Source: Burkholderiaceae bacterium
GTDB lineage: Bacteria > Pseudomonadota > Gammaproteobacteria > Burkholderiales > Burkholderiaceae_E
Length of the DNA stretch: 41,005 nucleotides
Assembly: GCA_024641185.1 (NCBI GenBank)
Contig: JAHEDO010000365.1
Coordinates: 1 to 41,005, forward strand
Reading direction: 5' to 3'
The notes under the pieces: model-generated
The model's database searches: none
What the model was told of the DNA's origin: nothing
What the model saw: the letters and a program-made list of their open reading frames with translations, nothing else
In this document: piece by piece, positions 1 to 10,398 of the stretch
Numbering within the stretch: position 1 is the stretch's first letter
Layout of the letters: every line of letters begins with the position of its first letter
Translations under genes and position numbers: made by a program

Positions 1-1
1 G

Positions 2-2626
2 CACGATCCGCGCTTCCCCAGGGGCAAGTACTACGCCTGCTCGATGCTGCCCTATCCCTCGGGAAAGCTGCACATGGGGCACGTGCGCAACTACACGATC
101 AACGACGTGATGTACCGGCACCTGCGGATGCAGGGCTACAACGTGCTGATGCCGATGGGCTGGGACGCGTTCGGCCTGCCCGCCGAGAACGCCGCGATGA
201 AGAACGGCGTCGCGCCGGCCAAGTGGACCTACGAAAACATCGCCTACATGAAGAAGCAGATGCAGGCGATGGGGCTGGCGATCGACTGGAGCCGCGAGGT
301 CGCCGCCTGCGACCCCAAGTACTACAAGTGGAACCAGTGGCTGTTCCTGCAGATGCTCGAGCGCGGCATCGCCTACCGCAAGACCCAGGTGGTGAACTGG
401 GACCCGGTCGACCAGACGGTGCTCGCCAACGAGCAGGTCATCGACGGTCGCGGCTGGCGCACCGGCGCCGTGGTCGAGAAGCGCGAGATTCCGGGCTATT
501 ACCTGAAGATCACCGACTACGCGTCCGAACTGCTCGACGCGGTCGAGAACGACCTCGACGGCTGGCCGGAGCGCGTGCGCATGATGCAGTCGAACTGGAT
601 CGGCAAGTCGACCGGCGTGCGCTTCGCTTTCCCGCACGAGATCCGCGAGACGACGGCAGACGGCGGCTGCGGCGCCCTGGTCGGCGACGGCCGGATGTAC
701 GTGTTCACGACACGTGCCGACACGATCATGGGCGTGACCTTCATGGCGGTCGCACCCGAGCATCCGGTGGCCGCGGTCGCAGCGGCGCGCGACCCGAAGG
801 TCGCCGCTTTTGTCGACAAGGCCAGGCAGGGTTCGGTGATGGAGGCCGACCTTGCGACGATGGAGAAGGACGGCGTGCCTACCGGGCTGTACGTCAACCA
901 TCCGCTGTCGGGCGAGCGCATCGAGGTCTGGGTCGGCAACTACGTGCTGATGAGCTACGGCGACGGCGCGGTGATGGGCGTGCCCGCGCACGACGAGCGC
1001 GACTTCGCGTTCGCCAAGAAGTTCGGCCTGCCGATCGAGCAGGTGATCGACGTCGGCGGCCAACCTTTTTCCACCGATGCCTGGCAGCCGTGGTACGAGG
1101 AAAAGGGCAGCGGCCGCTGCGTCAACTCGGGCAGCTACGACGGCCTGGCATTCGACGCGGCGATCGACGCGATCGCGCAGGACCTGGGCAAGCTCGGTCT
1201 GGGCGAAAAGAAGATCCAGTGGCGCTTGCGCGACTGGGGCATCTCGCGCCAGCGCTACTGGGGCACGCCGATCCCGATCATCCACTGCGGCGACTGCGGG
1301 GAGGTGCCGGTCCCGTACGAGCAGCTCCCGGTGGTGCTACCCGAGGACCTGTTGCCGGACGGCAGCGGCAACCCGCTCGCGAAGGACGAACGATTCCTCT
1401 CTTGCGCCTGCCCGAAGTGCGGCAAGCCGGCGCGGCGCGAGACCGACACGATGGACACGTTCATCGACTCGGCCTGGTACTACATGCGCTACTGCTCGCC
1501 GGACAACGACGCGGCGATGATCGACGCACGCAACGACTACTGGATGCCGATGGACCAGTACATCGGGGGCATCGAGCACGCGGTGCTGCACCTGCTGTAC
1601 GCGCGCTTCTGGACCAAGGTGATGCGCGACATCCGCGGCGGGTTCCCCGGCGACGCGAGCCGCGGCCTGGTGAAGTTCGACGAGCCGTTCACGCGCCTTC
1701 TTTGCCAGGGAATGGTGCTGAATCACATCTACTTCCGCAAGAACGCTCGCGGCGGCATCGAATATTTCTGGCCGGACGAAGTCGAGAACACCTTCGACGA
1801 CGGCGGACGCATCAACGGGGCGAAACTGAAGTCCGACGGCAGCGCGATCGAGTACGGCGGCGTGGGCACGATGTCCAAGAGCAAGAACAACGGCGTCGAC
1901 CCCCAGGAGCTGATCGACCGCTACGGCGCCGACACCGCGCGGCTGTTCGTGATGTTCGCCAGTCCGCCCGAGCAGACGCTCGAATGGTCCGGGGCCGGCG
2001 TCGAGGGCGCGCATCGCTTTCTGCGCCGACTGTGGCAGTACGGCCTGGTCGCGTCGCAGATGCTGTCGGGGCCGGACGCGCCTGCCGCCTCGTCGGCAGC
2101 GGCCGATCCGTCTTTGCTCGGTGCCGAACACAAGGCGCTGCGCCGCGAGATCCATACGGTCCTGCGCCAGGCCAACTACGACTATCAGCGGCTGCAGTAC
2201 AACACCGTCGTGTCGGCGGGCATGAAGATGCTCAACGCGCTCGACGGCGCCAGACTCGCACCTTCACCGCAGACCAGCGCCACCGTGCGCGAGTGCCTGT
2301 CGATCCTCCTGCGCGTGCTGTACCCGGTGGTCCCTCACGTCACCCATGCGATGTGGACCGGACTCGGCTACGCGGCGAACGACGCTGACCTGCTCGACGC
2401 GAAGTGGCCCGAGGTGGACGAGGCCGCGCTGGTGCAGGACGAAATCGAGCTCGTCCTCCAGATCAACGGAAAGGTGCGGGGATCGGTCACCGTCGCCGCA
2501 TCGGCGCAGGGCAGCGAGATCGAGGCAGCGGCGCTTGCGACCGAGGCGTTCGCGCGGCATGCCGAGGGGCGCTCGGCCCGCAAGGTGATCGTCGTTCCGG
2601 GCCGGCTGGTCAACGTGGTCGTCTGA
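2..2626 (+). CDS. leuS: Leucine--tRNA ligase (5' truncated by window edge)
   Basis: Frame open from base 2 ([21 protein letters not shown]). HIGH-type HMGH motif, CP1 editing motifs FTTRADT and [15 protein letters not shown] (KMSKS variant), C-terminal GRLVNVV. Confidence 0.98.
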   Translation, partial: HDPRFPRGKYYACSMLPYPSGKLHMGHVRNYTINDVMYRHLRMQGYNVLMPMGWDAFGLPAENAAMKNGVAPAKWTYENIAYMKKQMQAMGLAIDWSREVAACDPKYYKWNQWLFLQMLERGIAYRKTQVVNWDPVDQTVLANEQVIDGRGWRTGAVVEKREIPGYYLKITDYASELLDAVENDLDGWPERVRMMQSNWIGKSTGVRFAFPHEIRETTADGGCGALVGDGRMYVFTTRADTIMGVTFMAVAPEHPVAAVAAARDPKVAAFVDKARQGSVMEADLATMEKDGVPTGLYVNHPLSGERIEVWVGNYVLMSYGDGAVMGVPAHDERDFAFAKKFGLPIEQVIDVGGQPFSTDAWQPWYEEKGSGRCVNSGSYDGLAFDAAIDAIAQDLGKLGLGEKKIQWRLRDWGISRQRYWGTPIPIIHCGDCGEVPVPYEQLPVVLPEDLLPDGSGNPLAKDERFLSCACPKCGKPARRETDTMDTFIDSAWYYMRYCSPDNDAAMIDARNDYWMPMDQYIGGIEHAVLHLLYARFWTKVMRDIRGGFPGDASRGLVKFDEPFTRLLCQGMVLNHIYFRKNARGGIEYFWPDEVENTFDDGGRINGAKLKSDGSAIEYGGVGTMSKSKNNGVDPQELIDRYGADTARLFVMFASPPEQTLEWSGAGVEGAHRFLRRLWQYGLVASQMLSGPDAPAASSAAADPSLLGAEHKALRREIHTVLRQANYDYQRLQYNTVVSAGMKMLNALDGARLAPSPQTSATVRECLSILLRVLYPVVPHVTHAMWTGLGYAANDADLLDAKWPEVDEAALVQDEIELVLQINGKVRGSVTVAASAQGSEIEAAALATEAFARHAEGRSARKVIVVPGRLVNVVV

Positions 2627-2651
2627 TGCGCGTCGCGCCCACAGTCCCGCG

Positions 2652-3188
2652 ATGAGCTGCGAACCGACGCGACGGGGCGTCATGCGCGGCGGCGATCGCC
2701 GTCGGCTGCTGATGTCCGTAACCGCCGTCGGCGCGTCGCTTCTCGCGACGGCCTGCGGATTCCAGCTGCGAGGGCCGACGAACCTGCCGTTCAGGAAACT
2801 GTACGCGGGCTTCGCCCCGAATTCGCAGATCGGCGCCGAGTTCAAGTCCTACGTTCGCAGCGCGCCGAACGTCGAGCTGGTCGACCGCCCGGAGGCGGCC
2901 GAAGTCCGCCTCGAGATCCTGCGCGAGCAGCGCGAGAAGGAGATCGTCATCTTCTCCAGCTCGGGAACCGCGCGCGAGTATCAGTTGCGGCTGCGATTTG
3001 CGTTCCGGCTGGTCGACGCGAAAGGCCAGGAACTGATCCCGCGAACCGAGCTGCTTCAGCGGCGCGAAATCACCACCACCGACACCCAGCTCGTCGCGAA
3101 GGAGCAGGAAGACCTGCTGGTGTACCGCGAGATGCAGCAGGACATGGTCCAGCAGCTGCTGCGCCGCCTCGCGGCGGTGCGCCGCTGA
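2652..3188 (+). CDS. lptE: LPS assembly lipoprotein LptE (start may be 2682 or 2712)
   Basis: Lipobox LATAC followed by GFQLRG; KEQE..LVYREMQQDMVQQLLRRL C-terminus; canonical position between leuS and holA. Confidence 0.92.
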   Translation: MSCEPTRRGVMRGGDRRRLLMSVTAVGASLLATACGFQLRGPTNLPFRKLYAGFAPNSQIGAEFKSYVRSAPNVELVDRPEAAEVRLEILREQREKEIVIFSSSGTAREYQLRLRFAFRLVDAKGQELIPRTELLQRREITTTDTQLVAKEQEDLLVYREMQQDMVQQLLRRLAAVRR

Positions 3189-3204
3189 GCGCGGCCGGGC
3201 GACG

Positions 3205-4224
3205 ATGCAGATCAGACTCGACGGACTGGAAAACGCGCTCAAGCGCGTCGCGCCCCCGCTGGTCTGGGTCCACGGCGACGAGCCACTGCTCAGGATAGAG
3301 GCGACCGACGCGGTGCGCCGCGCGCTGCGCGAGTCCGGTTTCGACGAGCGCGAGGTGTTCTCGGTCGAGCGCGGCTTCAAGGTCGAGGCGCTGCTGGCGG
3401 AAACCCAGTCGCTGTCGCTGTTCGCGACCAACCGCCTGATCGAACTCAGGCTGAACGCCAAGCCGACCAAGGAGCTCGGGCAGGCGCTCGCGCACGCGGT
3501 CCAGGACCTGCCCGACTCGATGAGGCTCCTGGCGTCGAGCCCGAGGCTCGACCGCGCCACACTGGATTCCGCCTGGTTCGCCTCGGTTGACCGGTACGCG
3601 TGGGTGGTGCCGGTCTTTCCCGTCGAACGCGCCAGGCTGCCACAGTGGATCGCACAGCGACTCGCGACGCAGCGCCAGCAGGCCGACGCGGACACGCTCG
3701 AGTTCCTCGCCGAACGGGTCGAAGGCAATCTCCTCGCCGCCCACCAGGAGATCCGCAAGCTCGGGCTGCTATTTCCCGAGGGCCGACTCCCCGAGGAAGA
3801 AGTGCGCCAGGCGGTGCTCAACGTCGCACGCTACGATGCCTTCGGTCTGGCCGATGCGATGCTGGCCGGAGACGTCGCGCGCACGCTGCGCAGCCTGGAC
3901 GGACTGCGCGCCGAGGGCGAGGCGGAGCCGCTCGTGCTCTGGGCGCTCGCCGATGCGATCCGCAACCTGGCCCGACTCGCGCAGGCGCGCGACACCGGCC
4001 GCGCACCGGCGACGATGATGCGCGAACTGCGGATCTACGGCGCCCGGGAGGCGCTGTACCAGCAGGCGCTGCGGCGCCTGGGCAGCGCCGAACTCACGCG
4101 GGCGCTGCAGGCAGCAGCAGGGATCGATAGAATCGTGAAAGGGCTCACCCGCGGAGACGCCTGGTCAGAGATGACGTCGCTTGCGACGTCGGTGGCCGGC
4201 GCCGGCGCGCTTGCAGGGAACTGA
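3205..4224 (+). CDS. holA: DNA polymerase III subunit delta
   Basis: [25 protein letters not shown] and IDRIVKG motifs; leuS-lptE-holA synteny. Confidence 0.95.
   Translation: MQIRLDGLENALKRVAPPLVWVHGDEPLLRIEATDAVRRALRESGFDEREVFSVERGFKVEALLAETQSLSLFATNRLIELRLNAKPTKELGQALAHAVQDLPDSMRLLASSPRLDRATLDSAWFASVDRYAWVVPVFPVERARLPQWIAQRLATQRQQADADTLEFLAERVEGNLLAAHQEIRKLGLLFPEGRLPEEEVRQAVLNVARYDAFGLADAMLAGDVARTLRSLDGLRAEGEAEPLVLWALADAIRNLARLAQARDTGRAPATMMRELRIYGAREALYQQALRRLGSAELTRALQAAAGIDRIVKGLTRGDAWSEMTSLATSVAGAGALAGN
4128..4133 (+). promoter_or_regulatory. Candidate -10 box (TAGAAT) inside the holA 3' end, possibly driving proA
   Basis: TAGAAT formed using a rare AGA Arg codon, about 93 nt upstream of the proA start; no clear -35. 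Confidence 0.35.
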
Positions 4225-4225
4225 C

Positions 4226-5509
4226 GTGGACATCCAGTCAATCGACATTGCCGCCTACGTCGCCGACGTCGGTCGACGCGCGCGGACCGCGAGCCGGGTG
4301 ATGGCGCGCGCCGACACCGCGGCGAAGGACCGGGCGCTCGCAGCCACCGCCAGCGCGATCCGCCGCGAAGCCCCGGCGCTGAAGACCGCCAATGCGCGCG
4401 ACCTTGCCGCCGCGCGGGCAGCCGGCGAGGCCCCGGCGTTCGTCGATCGGCTCGCGCTTACCGACGACGTCATCGAATCGATGGCGGCGGGACTCGAACA
4501 GATCGCGATGCTGGCCGACCCGATCGGCGAGATCAGCGACCTGCGGTTCCGGCCCTCCGGAATCCAGGTCGGCCGCATGCGGGTACCGCTGGGCGTGATC
4601 GGCATCATCTACGAGTCGCGCCCGAATGTGACGATCGACGCCGCGGGCCTGTGCATCAAGTCGGGCAACGCCGCGATCCTGCGCGGCGGCTCCGAGGCGA
4701 TCCACAGCAACCAGGCGCTCGCCGCGCTGATCCGCGAGGGATTGGCCGCGGCCGGACTCCCCGAAGACGGGGTCCAGGTGATCGAGACCACCGATCGCGC
4801 GGCGGTCGGCGAACTCATCTCGAGCCCCCAGTACGTCGACGTGATCGTTCCGCGCGGCGGCAAGTCGCTCATCGAGCGGATCTCGCGCGACGCGAAAGTG
4901 CCCACGATCAAGCACCTGGACGGTATCTGCCACGTCTACATCGACGGCGCCGCGGATCTCGGGAAGGCAATCCGCATCGCGGACAACGCGAAGACCCAGC
5001 GCTATTCGCCGTGCAACACGATGGAGACGCTGCTGGTGGCCGAAGAGCGTGCCGAATCCCTGCTGCCCGCGCTTTGCCGTATCTACGTCGACAAGGGTGT
5101 CGAGCTTCGCGGTGACGAGCGAACCCGCTCGATTCTCGCTGCCGATGCGCTGCCCTGCGCCCCGGCCACCGAGGAGGACTGGCGAACCGAGTATCTCGCG
5201 CCGATCCTGTCGATCCGCGTGGTGACGGGGCTGGACGAGGCGATCGCCCACATCAACACGTATGGTTCCAACCATACGGATGCGATCGTCACCGAGGACT
5301 ACTCGCGAGCGATGCGCTTCCTGCGCGAAGTCGACTCCTCGTCGGTGATGGTCAACGCGTCGACGCGCTTCGCAGACGGTTTCGAGTTCGGCCTCGGGGC
5401 GGAGATCGGCATCTCCACCGACAAACTGCACGCGCGCGGGCCCGTCGGGCTGGAGGGCCTCACGTCGCTGAAGTACGTCGTGCTGGGCTCGGGCCAGGTT
5501 CGCGGCTGA
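4226..5509 (+). CDS. proA: Glutamate-5-semialdehyde dehydrogenase (gamma-glutamyl phosphate reductase)
   Basis: [23 protein letters not shown] and [22 protein letters not shown] motifs; GTG start at 4226 just after the holA stop, preceded by purine-rich AGGGAA. Confidence 0.97.
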   Translation: MDIQSIDIAAYVADVGRRARTASRVMARADTAAKDRALAATASAIRREAPALKTANARDLAAARAAGEAPAFVDRLALTDDVIESMAAGLEQIAMLADPIGEISDLRFRPSGIQVGRMRVPLGVIGIIYESRPNVTIDAAGLCIKSGNAAILRGGSEAIHSNQALAALIREGLAAAGLPEDGVQVIETTDRAAVGELISSPQYVDVIVPRGGKSLIERISRDAKVPTIKHLDGICHVYIDGAADLGKAIRIADNAKTQRYSPCNTMETLLVAEERAESLLPALCRIYVDKGVELRGDERTRSILAADALPCAPATEEDWRTEYLAPILSIRVVTGLDEAIAHINTYGSNHTDAIVTEDYSRAMRFLREVDSSSVMVNASTRFADGFEFGLGAEIGISTDKLHARGPVGLEGLTSLKYVVLGSGQVRG

Positions 5510-5576
5510 AGCCGGAAGGCCCCGAGCGTCTCCTGCGTTCACGCGGCACCCTGATCGCCCGACCGGATACCCGTCA

Positions 5577-6005
5577 ATGCTCTACTCCTGGGTCAAGACC
5601 TTTCACCTGATGTTCGTCATGAGTTGGTTCGCGGGCCTGTTCTACCTGCCGCGGATCTTCGTGAACCTGGCCATGGTTCCCGCGGATTCGAACGCCGAAC
5701 GCGCACGACTGCTCCTGATGTCGCGCAAGCTCTATCGCTTCATGGGCCCGCTGATGGTGCTGGCGCTGGTCTTCGGCCTGTGGCTTTGGCTGGGCATCGG
5801 CATCGGCGAAGGCGCCGCCTGGATGCACGCGAAGCTTGCGATCGTCGTCATGCTGCTCGGCTTTCATCACGCCTGCGGCCGGATCCTGCGCCGATTCGAG
5901 GCCGGAACCAACACCCGCTCGCACGTCTGGTTTCGATGGTTCAACGAGGTCCCGACGATGGCACTTCTGGTCACGCTGATCCTCGTGGTGCTCAAACCGT
6001 TCTAG
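5577..6005 (+). CDS. hemJ: Protoporphyrinogen oxidase HemJ-like membrane protein (often annotated CopD family)
   Basis: WVKTFH, WFAGLFYLPR, WMHAKL, RWFNEVP and VVLKPF motifs; several hydrophobic segments. Confidence 0.85.
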   Translation: MLYSWVKTFHLMFVMSWFAGLFYLPRIFVNLAMVPADSNAERARLLLMSRKLYRFMGPLMVLALVFGLWLWLGIGIGEGAAWMHAKLAIVVMLLGFHHACGRILRRFEAGTNTRSHVWFRWFNEVPTMALLVTLILVVLKPF

Positions 6006-6122
6006 GGGACTCGTCGTGCGCGCCGCCGGTGCGCGCGAGTCCTGCCACTGCGTACCCGGCGAGCCGCCGGGCCGACCCACCCCGCCGAGCCTGTTGCGCA
6101 GCGCCCGGCCGCAGAGAAGAAA

Positions 6123-6725
6123 ATGGACAAGTTCGTCGACTACTTCATGAACCCGACCTCGCCCTGGACCTACCTGGGCCACGCCCGGCTTCGCGAGATC
6201 TGCGCGCGGCACAATGCGTCGATCCGGGTCAAGCCGATCGACGTCGGTGCGCGCGTGTTCCCGGTGTCCGGCGGCCTGCCGCTCGCCAAGCGCGCACCGC
6301 AGCGCCAGGCCTACCGCCTGGTCGAACTGGAGCGCTGGCGCGGGCTGCTGGGCGTGTCCCTGAACCTGCGCCCGAAGCACTTCCCCACGCCGGCCGACGA
6401 GGCCTGCCGCCTGATCATCGCCGCCGACCAGCTGCACGGCGAGGGCAGCGCGATGAAACTCGCCGAGCACCTGATGCGGGCGATATGGGCGGAGGAGCGC
6501 GACATCGCCGACACGCACACGCTGCGCGCGATCGTTCACGAATGCGGGCTTCCGGTCGACACCCTGTACCACCAGATCCCGCAGACGCACCAGGTCTTCG
6601 ACGCGAACACGCAGGAAGCGATCGACCGCGGCGTGTTCGGGGTTCCCTGGTATGTCTACCGCGACGAGCCGTACTGGGGACAGGATCGGCTGGAGTTTCT
6701 CGAACGCGCACTGGCCGAGGCTTGA
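6123..6725 (+). CDS. 2-hydroxychromene-2-carboxylate isomerase / GST-kappa (DsbA-like) family protein
   Basis: SPWTYLG N-terminal motif (Ser, no CxxC) and GVFGVP..YWGQDRL C-terminal motif; purine-rich upstream region. Confidence 0.85.
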   Translation: MDKFVDYFMNPTSPWTYLGHARLREICARHNASIRVKPIDVGARVFPVSGGLPLAKRAPQRQAYRLVELERWRGLLGVSLNLRPKHFPTPADEACRLIIAADQLHGEGSAMKLAEHLMRAIWAEERDIADTHTLRAIVHECGLPVDTLYHQIPQTHQVFDANTQEAIDRGVFGVPWYVYRDEPYWGQDRLEFLERALAEA

Positions 6726-8080
6726 GTTCCGTCGAGCGACAGGCCGCGCAGGCGGCCGACAGGTTCTTCGCGCCCTGCCCTCGCGGCCTCGAACAGCAGC
6801 TCGCGGCCGAATTGCGCGTGCTGGGTGCGAAGATCGACCAGACCGCCGCCGGCGGCGTCGCCTTCAGCGGCGAGCGGACGATCGGCTGGCTCGCCAATCT
6901 GCATTCCCGGATCGCGAGTCGCGTGCTTCTGCAGGTCGCCGAGGGGCGCTATCGCGACGACGACGACCTCTACCGGCTGGCCAACCGCACCGAATGGGAG
7001 CGCTGGTTCAGCTCGGCGCAGACGCTGCGCGTCGACGTGAACGCGATTCGCTCGCCCATGCGCAGCCTGAACTTCGCGACCTTGCGCATCAAGGACGGCG
7101 TCGTCGACCGCTTTCGCAGCCGCACCGGCGCGCGGCCGTCGATCGACACGGAACACCCGGACGCTCGCATCTTCGGGTTCCTGCAGGAGCGCGTCGCGGC
7201 GCTGTACCTGGACCTGTCAGGCGAGCCGCTGTTCAAGCGCGGCTGGCGCAGCGAGCGCGACGACAAGGGCGAGGCACCGCTGAAGGAAAATCTGGCCGCC
7301 GGGCTGCTGGCGCTTGCCGGCTGGACACCGGAACAACCGCTGTACGACCCCTTCTGCGGCTCGGGCACGATCGTGATCGAGGCCGCGCAGCAGGCGCTGG
7401 GGATCGCACCAGGGCTCTCGCGCGGCTTCGCGTTCGAACGACTGCTGGACTTCGAAGCGCCGCGCTGGGCGGCGCTTCGCGCGGACGCCGTGCGGCGCGT
7501 GCAGACGGCGGGCGACGATCGGCTCGGATCGCTGCGCATCGCGGCAAGCGACGCCGACCCGAAGTCGGTCGAGCAGACGTTGCGCAACGCCGAGCGCGCA
7601 GGCCTGCCGGCGCAGGCGTTGCTGGTCCGCGTGTGCGATGCCGGCAGGGCGAGCCCGCCGTTCGACACGCCGGGCGTGATCGTCACGAACCCGCCGTACG
7701 GCGAACGGATCGAACTCGACGTGGAGGATGGCGAGCGCGGCAGAGCCGAGAGACCGAGTGGCTGGTTCCGTGAACCCCGCCCGGATGACAGACGCCCGGG
7801 TCGGCTGGTGCCCGCCGCGCGGGCCGCAGCCGCAGCGCCGGCACCCCAGGAGCAGGTCGACGCCGCATGGACGGAGATCGGCGCTGCATTCAAGGAGCGC
7901 TTCGGCGGCTGGAGCGTCTGGATGCTCAGCAGCGACGCCCAGTTGCCGCGCAAGCTCGGAATCAAGGAGCGACGCCGCACGCCGCTCTACAACGGCTCCA
8001 TCGAGTGCCGGCTGTTCGGCTTCGAGATCTTCGAGGCCGGCGCGCTCAGACCACGTCGAGGTGCTCGATCCCCCGACTGA
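6722..8080 (+). CDS. THUMP-domain class I SAM-dependent RNA methyltransferase (RlmL-like, 23S m2G2445)
   Basis: FFAPCPRGLE, LHSRIASRVL, GEPLFKRGWR, APLKENLAA, DPFCGSGT and NPPYG motifs; TTG start overlapping the upstream TGA (inferred). Confidence 0.88.
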   Translation: MSSVERQAAQAADRFFAPCPRGLEQQLAAELRVLGAKIDQTAAGGVAFSGERTIGWLANLHSRIASRVLLQVAEGRYRDDDDLYRLANRTEWERWFSSAQTLRVDVNAIRSPMRSLNFATLRIKDGVVDRFRSRTGARPSIDTEHPDARIFGFLQERVAALYLDLSGEPLFKRGWRSERDDKGEAPLKENLAAGLLALAGWTPEQPLYDPFCGSGTIVIEAAQQALGIAPGLSRGFAFERLLDFEAPRWAALRADAVRRVQTAGDDRLGSLRIAASDADPKSVEQTLRNAERAGLPAQALLVRVCDAGRASPPFDTPGVIVTNPPYGERIELDVEDGERGRAERPSGWFREPRPDDRRPGRLVPAARAAAAAPAPQEQVDAAWTEIGAAFKERFGGWSVWMLSSDAQLPRKLGIKERRRTPLYNGSIECRLFGFEIFEAGALRPRRGARSPD

Positions 8081-9179
8081 GGTCGCGCTCGGAGTGACGG
8101 CTGTTCAGCTTGATGTTCAGGCGCAGATCGTTGACCGAATCCGCGTTGCGCAGCGCGTCCTCGTAGTTGATCACCCCTTCCTCGTACAGATCGAATAGCG
8201 CCTGGTCGAAGGTCTGCATTCCGATCTCGCGGCTCTTCTTCATCACGTCCTTGATCGTCCCGACCTCGCCCTTGAAGATCAGATCCGCGACCAGCGGCGA
8301 GTTCAGCATGATTTCGACCGCGGGCACCCTGCCGGTTCCGCCCGCCATGGGGATCAGCCGCTGGGAGATGATCCCCTTCAGGTTCAGAGACAAGTCCATC
8401 AGCAGTTGCGAGCGACGGTCCTCCGGGAAGAAGTTGATGATCCTGTCCAGCGCCTGGTTCGCGCTGTTCGAGTGCAGCGTCGCGACGCACAGGTGACCGG
8501 TCTCGGCGAAAGCGACCGCGTGCTCCATCGTCTCGCGGTCCCGAATCTCGCCGATCATGATGACATCGGGCGCCTGGCGCAGCGTGTTCTTCAGCGCGAC
8601 CCCCCAGTTCTCGGTGTCGACGCCGACCTCGCGGTGCGTGATGATGCAGCTCTTGTGCGGATGGACGAATTCGACGGGATCCTCGATCGTGACGATGTGG
8701 CCCTGGCTGTGCTCGTTGCGATAGCCGATCATCGCCGCCAGTGTGTTCGACTTGCCCGACCCGGTGGCACCGACCACGATCAGCAGACCCCGCTTGGTCA
8801 TCGACAGGTCGGACAGGATCGAGGGCAGCTGCAGCTGCTCGATCGTCGGGATCTCGGACTTGATCGTGCGCAGCACGATGCCGACCCGGCCCTGCTGCAT
8901 GAAGGTGTTGACCCGGAAACGCCCGATGCCGGTGGGGCTGATCGCGAAATTGACTTCCTTGTGCTGTTCGAACTCGGCGGCCTGCCGGTCGTTCATCAGT
9001 GCGCGCGCAAGCTCGATCGTGTGCCCCGACGACAGCGGAACGCTCGACACCGGCGAGACCTTCCCGTCGACCTTGAACGCGGGTGGAAACTCCGCGGTCA
9101 GGAACAGGTCGGAACCATTGCGCGACACCATCAGCTTGAGCAGATCGTGCAGAAATTTCGATGCCTGTTCGCGTTCCAT
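8046..9179 (-). CDS. pilU: Type IV pilus retraction ATPase PilU
   Basis: Walker A GATGSGKS, TIEDPVE, LRQAPDVI, GMQTFDQAL; lies directly downstream of pilT. Confidence 0.93.
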   Translation of the reverse strand: MEREQASKFLHDLLKLMVSRNGSDLFLTAEFPPAFKVDGKVSPVSSVPLSSGHTIELARALMNDRQAAEFEQHKEVNFAISPTGIGRFRVNTFMQQGRVGIVLRTIKSEIPTIEQLQLPSILSDLSMTKRGLLIVVGATGSGKSNTLAAMIGYRNEHSQGHIVTIEDPVEFVHPHKSCIITHREVGVDTENWGVALKNTLRQAPDVIMIGEIRDRETMEHAVAFAETGHLCVATLHSNSANQALDRIINFFPEDRRSQLLMDLSLNLKGIISQRLIPMAGGTGRVPAVEIMLNSPLVADLIFKGEVGTIKDVMKKSREIGMQTFDQALFDLYEEGVINYEDALRNADSVNDLRLNIKLNSRHSERDLSRGIEHLDVV

Positions 9180-9228
9180 GGATTGCCTTTGAGAGTGAGC
9201 GTCGTCGAAACCGGCGGTGTCGGCCAGG

Positions 9229-10272
9229 TCAGCCCGGGAAGTTCTCTTTGACTTGCGCCGCGGCGCGAGCTTCGGACATCGGGATGAGGTTCTTTCGGAC
9301 GAGATCGGCCAGGCACTGATCGAGGGTCTGCATGCCGATCGCCGCGCCGGTCTGGATCGCGGAATTCATCTGCGCGACCTTCGCCTCTCGGATGAGGTTT
9401 CGGATCGCAGGGGTCCCGATCATGATCTCGTGCGCCGCGACCCGGCCGGAGCCGTCCTTGGTCTTGAGCAGCGTCTGCGAGATCACCGCGCGCAGGGACT
9501 CCGAGAGCATCGCGCGGACCATTTCCTTCTCGGCTGCCGGGAAGACGTCGACGATCCGGTCGATCGTCTTCGCGGCCGACGAGGTGTGCAGCGTGCCGAA
9601 CACCAGATGGCCGGTTTCGGCGGCGGTCAGCGCCAGACGGATCGTCTCCAGGTCGCGCAGCTCGCCCACCAGAATGACGTCTGGATCCTCGCGCAGTGCC
9701 GACCGAAGCGCGTTGTTGAACGACAGCGTCTGCGGTCCCACTTCGCGCTGGTTGATCAGGCAGCGCTTGGACTCGTGGACGAACTCGATCGGATCCTCCA
9801 CGGTCAGGATGTGACCGTACAGGTTCTCGTTGACGTAATTGACCATGGCGGCCAGCGTGGTCGACTTGCCCGAGCCGGTGGGCCCCGTGACCAGAACCAG
9901 ACCGCGCGGCTGCGACGAGATGTCGGTGAAGATCTTCGGAGCCTTGAGCTCCTCGAGCGTGAGGATCTTGGACGGAATCGTCCGCATCACCGCGCCGGCA
10001 CCGCGCTGCTGGACGAAGGCGTTCACGCGGAAACGCGCCAGACCCGGGATCGCGAAGGAGAAGTCGCACTCGAGGCTCTCCTCGTACTCCTTGCGCTGCG
10101 AGTCGTTCATGATGTCGTAGATCATGCCGTGAACGTCTCGGTGCTCCATCGGCGGCAGGTTGATCCTGCGTACGTCGCCGTGGACCCGGATCATCGGTGG
10201 CAGCCCCGACGACAGGTGAAGGTCGGAAGCCTTGTTCTTGACGGCGAATGCGAGCAGTTCTGCAATGTCCAT
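9229..10272 (-). CDS. pilT: Type IV pilus retraction ATPase PilT
   Basis: MDIAELLAF start with GAGG RBS; GPTGSGKSTT, LREDPDVIL and the PilT-specific AIRNLIRE motif. Confidence 0.97.
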   Translation of the reverse strand: MDIAELLAFAVKNKASDLHLSSGLPPMIRVHGDVRRINLPPMEHRDVHGMIYDIMNDSQRKEYEESLECDFSFAIPGLARFRVNAFVQQRGAGAVMRTIPSKILTLEELKAPKIFTDISSQPRGLVLVTGPTGSGKSTTLAAMVNYVNENLYGHILTVEDPIEFVHESKRCLINQREVGPQTLSFNNALRSALREDPDVILVGELRDLETIRLALTAAETGHLVFGTLHTSSAAKTIDRIVDVFPAAEKEMVRAMLSESLRAVISQTLLKTKDGSGRVAAHEIMIGTPAIRNLIREAKVAQMNSAIQTGAAIGMQTLDQCLADLVRKNLIPMSEARAAAQVKENFPG

Positions 10273-10386
10273 GCTGACCTCTTGACCGCCCCGCGTCGTC
10301 CTCTGGGCCGGGACGACAGACGCTCGACGGCTCCACCCATTTTTCGGCATCCGGCCCGGCTGACTTCTGCTGCGTCCGGCGGACAG

Positions 10387-10392
10387 TAGAAT
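10387..10392 (+). promoter_or_regulatory. -10 box TAGAAT 6 nt before the yggS ATG (candidate leaderless promoter)
   Basis: Sequence TAGAAT-CGAACG-ATG with no Shine-Dalgarno. Confidence 0.5.
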
Positions 10393-10398
10393 CGAACG

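Noticed and set aside
223-2388. 721-aa alternative-frame ORF over leuS, and similar ORFs (12207-15089, 29072-30643, 31283-32548)
   Set aside because: Arg/Gly/Pro-rich shadow frames expected in high-GC DNA; they overlap well-supported genes.
5624-6721. N-terminal 366-aa extension of the RlmL-like ORF (818-aa call)
   Set aside because: It overlaps hemJ and the GST-kappa gene in other frames; methylase similarity starts at about 6722.
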